Notes: generated by a model not told the origin, from the letters alone. A stretch of DNA of 64,000 nt from a virus (IMGVR_UViG_3300029915_000016:18613-82612), one strand, 5' to 3'. Counted from the first letter of the stretch, positions 27,347 to 35,876 are shown. Numbers and translations: made by a program.

Positions 27347-27645
27347 CACGAGAAGATCATCTCTTGGTAATTATCGCTGAAGAGTGCGTTGAGATTGCCA
27401 AGAATGCGACTAAGGCTCTCAGATTTGGTCTGGACGATTGTGAACCGGGACAGCCTGACACCAACGGAAGACGCATCTGCTTAGAGTGCGCTGATTTACA
27501 AGCGGTGTTGGAAATGCTTGCTGAGTCGAATTGTTTATTCCAACTCACAGGTAATAGCATAGACATGAAGCGCGCTATGGATGCGAAGAAGGTAAAGGTG
27601 GAGAAGTTTTTGAGGTATTCATCAGAACGAGGAAGGTTGGACTAA
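27343..27645 (+). CDS. MazG-like nucleotide pyrophosphohydrolase
   Basis: AEECVE...KALRFG...ECADL. Confidence 0.7.
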   Translation: MTREDHLLVIIAEECVEIAKNATKALRFGLDDCEPGQPDTNGRRICLECADLQAVLEMLAESNCLFQLTGNSIDMKRAMDAKKVKVEKFLRYSSERGRLD

Positions 27646-27899
27646 TGAGCAAGCCGCATGAATACTACATCTTTACCACCGCTCACGGAGGCTGTGATGA
27701 AGCGTTGTTTTGGAGGCCAGAAGAAGCCGGATACACGCGATTCCTAGCGGCAGCAGGACGATACTCTAAAGAAGAATCCGATGCAATTTGTAAGATGAGA
27801 GGACAGGACTTCGCTATTCCATGTGAAATTGCAGAGGAACGTGCTATGAGGATGGTTCCGTGGGATTCGGTACAGGAGTTTGTGAAGGAGGCGAAATGA
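27645..27899 (+). CDS. Hypothetical protein
   Basis: FWRP..AGYT..L..AGRYS phage motif. Confidence 0.6.
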   Translation: MSKPHEYYIFTTAHGGCDEALFWRPEEAGYTRFLAAAGRYSKEESDAICKMRGQDFAIPCEIAEERAMRMVPWDSVQEFVKEAK

Positions 27900-28276
27900 G
27901 AGCAGATAAAATTAGGGAACAGAAACTAGAAGGAGCGGGAGGAGTTAATTATTCTGCACACTACGAAAGGGATTGCGCTATATTTTTGAGAGAACTTGCA
28001 GCGCAAGCGGCTGAATTGAACGATAAACTGAAGATCATACTCAATCCTCCTCTCATATACGACACGAAAACGATTGATCCTAGTGATATGATGGGATTTT
28101 CTGACGATCTTCCTCATCCAATATTTACCATGAATGAGCCACGAGCTACGCTCCGTGACCAGTTTGCTATGGCTGCTCTGACTGGACTACTGTCCGATCC
28201 TACTAGCTCAGGACCAAAAGGATGTGCGGAAGCTGCGTACTCCTACGCTGATGCCATGATGGAGAGAAGAAAGTGA
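27896..28276 (+). CDS. Hypothetical phage protein
   Basis: TLRDQFAMAAL..AY.YADAM motif. Confidence 0.65.
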   Translation: MRADKIREQKLEGAGGVNYSAHYERDCAIFLRELAAQAAELNDKLKIILNPPLIYDTKTIDPSDMMGFSDDLPHPIFTMNEPRATLRDQFAMAALTGLLSDPTSSGPKGCAEAAYSYADAMMERRK

Positions 28277-28623
28277 CCGTCAAGAAGATCAAGCCACGCT
28301 ATCCCTGCCCTCTTTGTGACTCTGAAATGAGTTTTGAGTTGACTATCAACGCGCACAGAGGATTCAATGATTACGTGGCAGTGAACGTGAAAGCGAGTTG
28401 CTCAAACGATAAGTGTCGGTACGAGGAGCGAACAAAGGGACACTCCAAAAACATGGAAACCGTAGAAAAGATGCGAGATGTAGTGGCATCCTATCGCGGT
28501 GCGGAGATGTTCAAGCAGGGAAGATTTGAGGAAGGCAACATAGGAATCAATCGGCGTCGGCATACCGGCATAGGACACTTTGAACCCGTAACCGCAGAGG
28601 AAGTGAAAGGGAGGAAACGATGA
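28273..28623 (+). CDS. Zn-ribbon hypothetical protein
   Basis: CPLC...CSNDKC. Confidence 0.55.
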   Translation: MTVKKIKPRYPCPLCDSEMSFELTINAHRGFNDYVAVNVKASCSNDKCRYEERTKGHSKNMETVEKMRDVVASYRGAEMFKQGRFEEGNIGINRRRHTGIGHFEPVTAEEVKGRKR

Positions 28624-28898
28624 GCGCAGGAAAGCACAAGTATGATGGAATTAACCCGTTGAATAGGTTGCACGAAGGCGAACCGTGGTTTTTTGTTAGG
28701 GGACAGGATAGGCTAAGTGTTGATGCGGTAATCGAATACAGCCATCTCCTACGCCGTGAGGCAAACAAGGCGTCTCTACGAAATGATTACGACCTGTCGG
28801 ATTCTCTTTCCAAACAGGCCGCAGATGTGCTTGAGTTTGCTCAAGATTTCGTGGATTGGCAGAAAGAGAACAACGATCTGGTCAAGTATCCAGACTAG
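28620..28898 (+). CDS. Hypothetical phage protein
   Basis: EPWFFVRGQD motif, ends KYPD. Confidence 0.6.
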   Translation: MSAGKHKYDGINPLNRLHEGEPWFFVRGQDRLSVDAVIEYSHLLRREANKASLRNDYDLSDSLSKQAADVLEFAQDFVDWQKENNDLVKYPD

Positions 28899-29107
28899 CG
28901 GACTAACGGATGACCGAAACCACCCGATCCGATAAGAGGAACAAGAGCATAGATGAGCCAAATAAGGAAGATAACTCCAACAATTGCTGCTGCAATGTTT
29001 ATCCATGGCTGAGGCGCTCCAAGTGTACGGGCAACGTAGAAAATCAACGCGACGATCAGCATGAACACAAGGATTGTAATCAGAAATCCGATCATGGGAC
29101 ACCTCAC
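28895..29107 (-). CDS. Small two-TM membrane protein
   Basis: Two hydrophobic helices; own orientation. Confidence 0.55.
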   Translation of the reverse strand: MRCPMIGFLITILVFMLIVALIFYVARTLGAPQPWINIAAAIVGVIFLIWLIYALVPLIGSGGFGHPLVR

Positions 29108-29165
29108 ATCTCAGTAAACGACGTTTTTATCCTTTGCGATGTATCGGATTGAACAGGAGAGTGCA

Positions 29166-30047
29166 ATGAAAAACAGACGATGGGGCGATAACGACAAGTA
29201 TTGGGGTCCGTTTACATACGCGCATTCGGATAAAGAATACAATCCTTTCGCGGTTATACTTGGATCTGGAGACGAGGAGCATCCGGGGTGCTATCTCAGG
29301 CTTGGTGCATTCCATAGGACGCTGATCTGTTCGCTCCCGCCGATCATTCCACCGTATCGCAGGAAGGTAGTTGCGAAGTTTTGGAACGAGGATGACATTA
29401 AGCGTCTAGGACGCAACTGGTACTACGACGTTCATGAGCGTGAGTACGGATTCTCCTATGCCGCGAGTGGATGTATCGGAGATGGTGGATTTCTGCAAGT
29501 CTTTCTTGGCCGTCAGACGCACGACAGCAGCAACGAACAGCGGTGGTCATGCTTCACGCCATGGAATAAATGGAATAACTGGCGTCATGTGAGGAATAGT
29601 TATTACGGTTTGTATGGAGAGTTTTTTGCATCCGAACCACAGCATCGTATCGACTTCACTACGAAGGCAGGAAACGACAAGTACGCGGAGTGGACGGCGA
29701 TTGTGGATGCTTGCCCTACGTTTACGTTCGCATTCAATGACTTTGACGGTGAGTTGCTAACCGCCAAAACTCGTATCGAGGAGCGCCAGTGGGAACTTGG
29801 AACTGGATGGTTTAAGTGGCTATCTAATTTCCATAAGCCAATCATTCACCGTTCGCTTGATATTCAATTCTCAGGCGAAACCGGAAAGCGCAAAGGATCA
29901 TGGAAGGGTGGCACGGTAGGACATTCTATCGAGATGCTACCCGGAGAACTGCACGAGTCGGCGTTTAAGAGATACTGCAAAGAGCACGATATGGTATTCC
30001 TTGGCAGGAGCGGAATAGGAGCATTTGACAATTCCCGTAGTGTGTGA
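29166..30047 (+). CDS. Hypothetical protein
   Basis: RBS AGGAG; long ORF. Confidence 0.6.
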   Translation: MKNRRWGDNDKYWGPFTYAHSDKEYNPFAVILGSGDEEHPGCYLRLGAFHRTLICSLPPIIPPYRRKVVAKFWNEDDIKRLGRNWYYDVHEREYGFSYAASGCIGDGGFLQVFLGRQTHDSSNEQRWSCFTPWNKWNNWRHVRNSYYGLYGEFFASEPQHRIDFTTKAGNDKYAEWTAIVDACPTFTFAFNDFDGELLTAKTRIEERQWELGTGWFKWLSNFHKPIIHRSLDIQFSGETGKRKGSWKGGTVGHSIEMLPGELHESAFKRYCKEHDMVFLGRSGIGAFDNSRSV

Positions 30048-30053
30048 GAGGAT
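30025..30053 (+). promoter_or_regulatory. Putative promoter of tRNA operon 1
   Basis: TTGACA-N17-GAGGAT (weak -10). Confidence 0.45.
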
Positions 30054-30060
30054 TTACCTC

Positions 30061-30132
30061 ATGAAGAACTTGTGCTTATCTCTATCGTCTTATTGCTCAC
30101 TCAGTCTGAGTGGACGAGAGGCTATGGGATAA
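30061..30132 (+). CDS. Leader peptide 1 (MKNLCLSLSSYCSLSLSGREAMG)
   Basis: Codons 4-17 are all Leu/Cys/Ser/Tyr, matching downstream tRNAs. Confidence 0.85.
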   Translation: MKNLCLSLSSYCSLSLSGREAMG

Positions 30133-30156
30133 GTCCAAGTTTAGGATTTGTACCAC

Positions 30157-30185
30157 GAGCCTCCAGAAATGGGGGCTTTTGTTTT
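30157..30185 (+). terminator. Attenuator terminator 1
   Basis: GAGCCTCCA-GAAA-TGGGGGCTT + TTGTTTT; leader GAGGCT can pair with AGCCTC. Confidence 0.8.
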
Positions 30186-30187
30186 GT

Positions 30188-30266
30188 GGGAGAGTACGCC
30201 AACGGAAGAGCGTTTGGACTTAAAATCCAAAGGATATGACGGGTTCAAATCCCTCCTCTCCTACCA
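30188..30266 (+). tRNA. trnL: tRNA-Leu(TAA)
   Basis: Cloverleaf; TTGGA-ctTAAaa-TCCAA; CCA end. Confidence 0.8.
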
Positions 30267-30268
30267 TT

Positions 30269-30341
30269 GTGCCGTAAGCGAAGGACGAGCATCCGATCTG
30301 CAAAATCGGAGAACAGGGTTAAAGTCCCTGACGGCACTCCA
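30269..30341 (+). tRNA. trnC: tRNA-Cys(GCA)
   Basis: CCGAT-ctGCAaa-ATCGG; U discriminator; CCA. Confidence 0.85.
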
Positions 30342-30353
30342 AGTTTAAGATGT

Positions 30354-30439
30354 GCGCGTGTAGCAAAACGGCAAAGCGCAAGGTTTAGGCCCTTGAGGTG
30401 GAAACACCATTGGGAGTTCGAGTCTCCCCACGCGCACCA
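30354..30439 (+). tRNA. trnL: tRNA-Leu(TAG)
   Basis: CAAGG-ttTAGgc-CCTTG; long variable arm; CCA. Confidence 0.9.
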
Positions 30440-30452
30440 GATTTTAGAAGTA

Positions 30453-30530
30453 CCTCGCATGGCGAAATGGAAGAGCGGCGCTCTCAAAAAGCGTGTCATA
30501 TTCCCGGTTCGAGTCCGGGTGCGAGGACCA
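30453..30530 (+). tRNA. trnL: tRNA-Leu(CAA)
   Basis: GCGCT-ctCAAaa-AGCGT; CCA. Confidence 0.8.
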
Positions 30531-30531
30531 C

Positions 30532-30620
30532 GGAGAAGTGCCAGAACGGTAAATGGGCCGCACTGCTAATGCGGTGGTCCTGAAAAGGCCACGTGGGGTC
30601 AGCACCCACCTTCTCCGCCA
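30532..30620 (+). tRNA. trnS: tRNA-Ser(GCT)
   Basis: CCGCA-ctGCTaa-TGCGG; long arm; GCCA. Confidence 0.85.
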
Positions 30621-30627
30621 TGTTTAC

Positions 30628-30718
30628 GGAAGGATGAGCGGAATTGGTATCGCACTCGCTTGGAAAGCGAGCTTATGTCGAAAGGCATATGCAGGTTCGA
30701 GTCCTGTTCCTTCCGCCA
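30628..30718 (+). tRNA. trnS: tRNA-Ser(GGA)
   Basis: CTCGC-ttGGAaa-GCGAG; GCCA. Confidence 0.9.
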
Positions 30719-30722
30719 GTTT

Positions 30723-30813
30723 GGTATACGCCGTCAACGGTGAGACAATCCGCCTCGAAAACGGATGGGGTGTCAGAGATGGCACAGGAGTTCAATTCTC
30801 TCGTATACCGCCA
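30723..30813 (+). tRNA. trnS: tRNA-Ser(CGA)
   Basis: ctCGAaa loop; long arm; GCCA. Confidence 0.85.
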
Positions 30814-30818
30814 AGTTA

Positions 30819-30906
30819 GGCGAGTCCCGCAGACGGCTCTGCGAACGGCTTTGAATACCGTTGGCTCCTGAGAGGGATGGGGGATCGACACCTCGACTCG
30901 CCGCCA
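30819..30906 (+). tRNA. trnS: tRNA-Ser(TGA)
   Basis: ttTGAat loop; long arm; GCCA. Confidence 0.8.
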
Positions 30907-30912
30907 TGTTGT

Positions 30913-31003
30913 GCGTTGGCTGTAGTGACGGTGGACTGCACCAGACTGTAAATCTGGATTCTCTTTGAGGACACTGGGGGTTCAAATCCCTCCCAACGCA
31001 CCA
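30913..31003 (+). tRNA. trnY: tRNA-Tyr(GTA)
   Basis: CCAGA-ctGTAaa-TCTGG; ACCA. Confidence 0.9.
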
Positions 31004-31006
31004 GTA

Positions 31007-31426
31007 TTAAATATCCGAGTTGTACCAGCGAATCATCTTCCTAAATTCGCTTAATCTAATACAGATACAATGATTAATATATTGGCGAAGTGGAGAAATA
31101 ATAACTACATCTGGCATCTTCTTCATTATCCATTTCCCTTTTACCTTGACTCCAATCCGGGTAACTATCTCTGCGCCATAGGAACCTAACCTTAATCCAT
31201 CATTAGGTTTTTTATCTGTTAAGGTGGTCATGTCAAACGTGCTGACAAAATCTACTGCTTTACGGAAGTCTTTGATCGGAATCGTCACATCAGAAAAGTA
31301 TCCACGTACAGACACACGGAACCACATCCTTTTTCCGTCTGCCGTGACGCGAGCATCAAAACCCGGTGCTTCAAACACCGCTACGTTTACATCCCAATTA
31401 TTCCCGTTCAGATCGCGTGGTTTCAT
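31007..31426 (-). CDS. Hypothetical protein, probably leaderless
   Basis: TATAAT just upstream of ATG 31426; internal duplication IPIKDFRK/IRLSEFRK. Confidence 0.5.
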   Translation of the reverse strand: MKPRDLNGNNWDVNVAVFEAPGFDARVTADGKRMWFRVSVRGYFSDVTIPIKDFRKAVDFVSTFDMTTLTDKKPNDGLRLGSYGAEIVTRIGVKVKGKWIMKKMPDVVIISPLRQYINHCICIRLSEFRKMIRWYNSDI

Positions 31427-31734
31427 GAAAGCATTATACATCAAATCAAATAAGGCGCATTTTTTCCTTGACAACTCGCAAGGATAGCGATACGCTTTCT
31501 TTGGGTCTGGATGGCTTCGTATCCCGTTCAAGACGGACCCCACAAATGTCTACCAACGGGAGATAGGAGATAGCTTCTCGGTAGCTATCTGACTTGGTGG
31601 AGTCCTATTCAATACGAAATGGGCCAGAATTTGACGCGGGGAGACGGTATTTATACGTTTCCCCGTTTTCTGTTATACTAGGGGTGTCGGATGTGTCACC
31701 ATCCGGCAAAGCCTCATCGTTCGGAGGAACGAAT

Positions 31735-32475
31735 ATGACACCCCTATCCAAAGATACACCTATTACTCGTAAACGCGAAAGAGCATTATATTATCGAGAG
31801 TATAGGAAGAAAAAAGGTGCAAATCAAAGATCAGAACAAGAAGCCTTGCGTCTAAAAGCATTAGAAGAATACATCAAAAACCCAAACGTATGCTTGTTTT
31901 GCTCAAAAGTAATTGAACCTAAAATAACAGAAAAACTCTCGATAACTAAACGTAAGAGATACTGTGACGTTAAATGCTCAAGTGCGTCAAGAAAGAGAGA
32001 GTGTAAGTGTGTACCATGCATCTACTGCGGTAAACCATTAAAGAGACACCTAAAGAAATTCTGCACGAAAAGCTGCGCGTCTCGGTCAAGGGGAATCTTG
32101 CAATCTATTACGAAAGGCGATCTTTTCTCGAAAAGATCTGGATACCAATCGGCGAGGAGCGCCATACAAAGGGATGCTAGAACTGTGTACTTGTGGAGTA
32201 AAAGGAAACTGGAGTGTTTAATTTGTGGATACTCGAAGCATGTGGATATAGCGCACATCAAACCTGTTTCAGATTTCGATGATGCGTGTACTGTCGCTGA
32301 GATAAACGCGATGGATAACCTTGTTTCTCTATGTCCTAATCACCATTGGGAATTTGATCACGGTTTTTTGAAATTCAACGCTGGTTGCTTTGAAGGATCG
32401 AATACACGTAAAGTAATCCGAAAACGTGATTACGATCAAATAAACCTATTTCCACTAGCGCAGAATAATTCTTGA
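31735..32475 (+). CDS. HNH endonuclease with N-terminal Cys clusters
   Basis: CLICG...AHIKP...NLVSLCPNHH; RBS GGAGG. Confidence 0.85.
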   Translation: MTPLSKDTPITRKRERALYYREYRKKKGANQRSEQEALRLKALEEYIKNPNVCLFCSKVIEPKITEKLSITKRKRYCDVKCSSASRKRECKCVPCIYCGKPLKRHLKKFCTKSCASRSRGILQSITKGDLFSKRSGYQSARSAIQRDARTVYLWSKRKLECLICGYSKHVDIAHIKPVSDFDDACTVAEINAMDNLVSLCPNHHWEFDHGFLKFNAGCFEGSNTRKVIRKRDYDQINLFPLAQNNS

Positions 32476-32506
32476 CAACTGTATATAATTGCGTTATCGT
32501 TTAATT

Positions 32507-32584
32507 CGCGGGGTGGACTGGAGACGGTTCCAGCTTGGTCTCATAAGCCAAATCACGTCGGTTCGATTCCGATTCCCGCAACCA
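32507..32584 (+). tRNA. trnfM: tRNA-fMet(CAT), initiator type
   Basis: C1:A72 mismatch; ctCATaa; own promoter TTGACA-N17-TATCGT (32472-32500). Confidence 0.8.
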
Positions 32585-32658
32585 TTTCGAGACGTGACCT
32601 GATCTGTCTCAACGGGCTTGCACGATGACAAGCGCATCTAGCAATAAGGAGAATTGAG

Positions 32659-33018
32659 ATGCGTACACGCTGCAAGTTCAAAGTTGTGTCGGTGGAAGAA
32701 ATAGAAGGCGAAATCAGCCGCAAATCATTTAAGGGCGATTACGGAACCAACATCGATGAGTACGGTGGTCTAGCTGGACCGGAATACACCGAGAGTCAGG
32801 GTTTAAGAAACGGTGAACAGTACAAATGGGTTCCAACTGGGAAGTATTGCCAGAATGTACGGCTGGCCGCACAGTATGATTCGCGGGACTCGGAAGATAT
32901 GAGTTTTGCAGCGGCGACACCTTCAGGAGAACTCAAGATTCTTGTGAGTAACCCTGTGGTGGTTGGGAGTTTTAGGCCGGGGAAGAGTTTTTATCTCGAC
33001 CTGATTCCGTGTGAATAA
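32659..33018 (+). CDS. Hypothetical phage protein
   Basis: RCKFKV...ATPSGEL...NP...F.PGK.FYLD family motif; RBS AAGGAG. Confidence 0.7.
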   Translation: MRTRCKFKVVSVEEIEGEISRKSFKGDYGTNIDEYGGLAGPEYTESQGLRNGEQYKWVPTGKYCQNVRLAAQYDSRDSEDMSFAAATPSGELKILVSNPVVVGSFRPGKSFYLDLIPCE

Positions 33019-33238
33019 GGTTCCACGTCCCCTCACGGTATGGTGACGTGGTGGTGGTCCGGTGGGGTGCAAACCCTATTGGGGTCTGACAGCCGGGAAA
33101 GACCGGCAAGGATTGATGGGTTGCGTCGGCGCATCCCTTAACGGGTGGCCTAGGAGTTAGGAAACCAGACGGTTGTTACCGTTGGACGGAGAATACCGCT
33201 AGAACAGTTGGGCCGATGAGATGGGCGCTGTGGCACTC

Positions 33239-34480
33239 GTGAATCACCGTCATCTAAATCAGACAGTTTCCGGCTTCAATGGCATCTGCGTTAGCTAAAG
33301 ACTTGCGTCCCAACTTCCGTCTTACGTTGCCTCCACCAGCAGTAGCGCCAATCCCTGACGCCAGTATCCGTAAACCTTCGTCACGGATATTCTTCGCCGC
33401 ATTTATATCGCGGTCATGATGTGTTGAGCAGGATGGGCAGGTCCAAGAACGAACAATTAACGGCATCTTACCATTCTGAAATCCGCACTCGGAACAAACT
33501 TTGCTTGACGGAAAAAAGCGTCCTATTTTTATGAAAGCCTTACCATCGCGCTCTGCTTTGTACTTGAGAAACAATGTTAGTGTTCCCCACCCTACATCTG
33601 ATACTGCTTTCGCAAGGTTATGGTTAGCTATCATTCCCTTCACATTCAAATCCTCTACGATCACGACTTGGTTCTCATCAATGATCTTGCGAGAGACTTT
33701 GTGAAGGTAATCACGGCGCTGGTTTGTGATATGTTCATGAACTCGTGCAACCTGAATACGTGCTTTGTTGCGACTTGATGAGCCTTTCTTTTTGCGACTC
33801 AAAGATTGCTGCTTACGCTTTAGATTCTTTTCTGACTTGGCAATCCAGCGAGGATTATTAAACTTCGATCCATCGCTAGTAATTGCTAAATGCGTTAAAC
33901 CTACGTCTACACCGATTGCCTTCCCTTCGATAGAAATAGGAGGAACAGGAATAGAATCATCGGTAAGAATCGAAGCGTAGTAGTGGCCGCATGGATTCTT
34001 GCTCACCGTGACCGTCTTGATTCGTCCAACAATCTCACGGTGTATGACAGCCTTAACTTTGCCAACTTTAGGAAGATTTATTATACTCCCGTCTATTTTA
34101 ACGTGTTGCGGATACTGAATCGACTGTTTTCTATGCTTAGATTTGAATCGTGGATATCTAGCCCTCTTCTCAAAGAAGTTCTGGAACGCTGCTGCCAAAT
34201 TACGAATTGATGATTGAAGGACTTGCGCGTATGCGTCTTTCATCCATTCATGTTCTGTTTTCAATTCAGGCAAACGATTCGCCATTGCAACAAATGTGAG
34301 ACTTTTTCCGGTTTCCTTGTACACTTTCTGCGTTTCCGCCAAAGCCCAATTCCACGTCCAACGAGCACATCCAAACTGGCATACAAGTAAATTTTCCTGC
34401 TCAAAGGTGGGATAGAGACGAAATTTTGTCGTATTCAACATTTATTTAATCCTACCATGTATACGATTAAATGTCAATAT
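33239..34480 (-). mobile_element. IS200/IS605-derived tnpB unit with right end; no TnpA and no visible left end
   Basis: RE hairpin CTGTC..GACGG then TTCAC ending 33239; own TTGACA-N17-TAGGAT promoter. Confidence 0.6.
33254..34441 (-). CDS. tnpB: TnpB RNA-guided nuclease
   Basis: GVDVG, VEDL, Zn ribbon, DRDINAA; RuvC D-E-D intact. Confidence 0.95.
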   Translation of the reverse strand: MLNTTKFRLYPTFEQENLLVCQFGCARWTWNWALAETQKVYKETGKSLTFVAMANRLPELKTEHEWMKDAYAQVLQSSIRNLAAAFQNFFEKRARYPRFKSKHRKQSIQYPQHVKIDGSIINLPKVGKVKAVIHREIVGRIKTVTVSKNPCGHYYASILTDDSIPVPPISIEGKAIGVDVGLTHLAITSDGSKFNNPRWIAKSEKNLKRKQQSLSRKKKGSSSRNKARIQVARVHEHITNQRRDYLHKVSRKIIDENQVVIVEDLNVKGMIANHNLAKAVSDVGWGTLTLFLKYKAERDGKAFIKIGRFFPSSKVCSECGFQNGKMPLIVRSWTCPSCSTHHDRDINAAKNIRDEGLRILASGIGATAGGGNVRRKLGRKSLANADAIEAGNCLI

Positions 34481-34546
34481 TTCTCTATTTTTGCGTTTAC
34501 TTATTTCACTAAGATGTGATATAAAAAGTAACAGCAACAAGTTTAC

Positions 34547-34620
34547 GGTCCCATGGTCTAACGGTATGATTCATCTCTGTCTAAGATGCGTTCGGGGTTC
34601 GACTCCCCGTGGGATCGCCA
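34547..34620 (+). tRNA. trnD: tRNA-Asp(GTC)
   Basis: CATCT-ctGTCta-AGATG; GCCA. Confidence 0.85.
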
Positions 34621-34627
34621 TAGTTGT

Positions 34628-34711
34628 GCTGCCGTTCTCGGTACTGGTATCTGAGCACCGTCTTTCAAGCGGTTGAATTTAATGCGAGTTCGATTCTCGT
34701 CGGCAGCGCCA
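34628..34711 (+). tRNA. trnE: tRNA-Glu(TTC)
   Basis: ACCGT-ctTTCaa-GCGGT; GCCA. Confidence 0.8.
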
Positions 34712-34718
34712 AGTTTAT

Positions 34719-34793
34719 GTCCTTGTCTTCCAACGTTTAGGAACTCCGGCTCTCTACCGGATAACGCGGGGTAAGCACCCTCCAAGGACACCA
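34719..34793 (+). tRNA. trnE: tRNA-Glu(CTC)
   Basis: TCCGG-ctCTCta-CCGGA; atypical T loop; CCA. Confidence 0.75.
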
Positions 34794-34805
34794 TTTCGAG
34801 AACGT

Positions 34806-34907
34806 ATGACGAGAACGCAGATCGCAATAGGATTTGTAGTCAAGGTAGCAACCAAGATGTTTTGGTGGATAATTTTGATATTCCTGTTGTGGATACAAAG
34901 TTTGTGA
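34806..34907 (+). CDS. 33-aa hydrophobic peptide
   Basis: MTRTQIAIGFVVKVATKMFWWIILIFLLWIQSL. Confidence 0.35.
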   Translation: MTRTQIAIGFVVKVATKMFWWIILIFLLWIQSL

Positions 34908-35048
34908 GTTTGTGCGGCGGCGTGGAGCGACACGCTAAACCTTATCGTGATATTCATCCCCCACGAGATAAGATAAGGTGAGGAAGATTGGGGGAACGAC
35001 CTGTATGCCGGTTTCGTACCCGGCCCGCACAAATAAATCACAAACTGC

Positions 35049-35078
35049 TTGACATTTGAAAACGAACAAGGATATAGT
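35049..35078 (+). promoter_or_regulatory. Promoter of tRNA operon 2
   Basis: TTGACA-N18-TATAGT; ATG 7 nt downstream. Confidence 0.7.
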
Positions 35079-35085
35079 GAAAAAC

Positions 35086-35160
35086 ATGATGACCTTTACC
35101 ACACATACCGCGACACAAGCACCGACGCAGCCAGCCGGTAATCGCGGAAGTGCAGGATAG
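35086..35160 (+). CDS. Leader peptide 2 (MMTFTTHTATQAPTQPAGNRGSAG)
   Basis: Codons 3-21 all T/F/H/A/Q/P/G/N/R, the amino acids of the downstream tRNAs. Confidence 0.85.
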   Translation: MMTFTTHTATQAPTQPAGNRGSAG

Positions 35161-35203
35161 GGTCTCAGTAGGATTTTTACTCGCATAGCGAATAAAACTG
35201 AAG

Positions 35204-35236
35204 AGGCCCGGTTCAAACCAACGAATCGGGCCTTAG
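35204..35236 (+). terminator. Attenuator hairpin 2 (weak U tract)
   Basis: AGGCCCGGTTC/GAATCGGGCCT; competing GGGTCTC at 35160 pairs with GAGGCCC. Confidence 0.6.
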
Positions 35237-35251
35237 TGCGTAGGAGTAGCA

Positions 35252-35689
35252 ATGGGGAAAGCGATTCACGTTATTAGCAATGTTGATGAAGATATGAAGA
35301 CGGCAGATTGTGCGTTTTGTGGTCGCGTGAAAGTGAAACTGAAAAATAATGGTAAGGGTAGATCAAGGCGGTGGGCATGTACTATCGCGCAGAAAAAATG
35401 GGACGGTGCAAGATGTAAAACAGGAAAACCGCTTCGCAATATGACAGACGAGCAAATGGCTCACTACGTATTCAATCGACACGGAAGTTGTGATATTTGC
35501 GGTAGCGTACCACGCCGAATGTTGAACCGAGATCACTGCCATGTAACAGGAAACCTTCGCGGCTTGCTGTGCTATCGCTGTAATACGCTGCTAGGAAAAT
35601 TTGATGACAGCATCGAGAAACTCCGTATAAAGGCAGATATTTTCCTGAAGGCGGCATGTTATCTCGAAAGGAACGATACAAAGTTTTGA
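35252..35689 (+). CDS. Endonuclease VII-family nuclease
   Basis: CDICG..RDHCH.TG.LRGLLCYRCN. Confidence 0.85.
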   Translation: MGKAIHVISNVDEDMKTADCAFCGRVKVKLKNNGKGRSRRWACTIAQKKWDGARCKTGKPLRNMTDEQMAHYVFNRHGSCDICGSVPRRMLNRDHCHVTGNLRGLLCYRCNTLLGKFDDSIEKLRIKADIFLKAACYLERNDTKF

Positions 35690-35778
35690 TGTGCGATACC
35701 CGAGAGGTAGCAGGGACGATACTGTTAATATCGAGAGGTTTATCCTCCACCGTAGGTTCGAATCCTACTCGCACAGCC
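35690..35778 (+). tRNA. trnN: tRNA-Asn(GTT), long variable arm, encoded end GCCT rather than GCCA
   Basis: CGATA-ctGTTaa-TATCG. Confidence 0.75.
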
Positions 35779-35791
35779 TTTAGTAAGAAGT

Positions 35792-35865
35792 ACCTCGTTC
35801 GTTCAACGGCAGGACGACTGACTCTGACTCAGTTAATTGACGTTCAAATCGTCAACGGGGTGCCA
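35792..35865 (+). tRNA. trnQ: tRNA-Gln(CTG)
   Basis: ACTGA-ctCTGac-TCAGT; GCCA. Confidence 0.85.
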
Positions 35866-35876
35866 AAGATTAACGT

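Noticed and set aside
30148-31001. Many short ORFs across tRNA clusters (also 35472-36230, 36966-37472, 41983-42897)
   Set aside because: They overlap clear tRNA cloverleaves.
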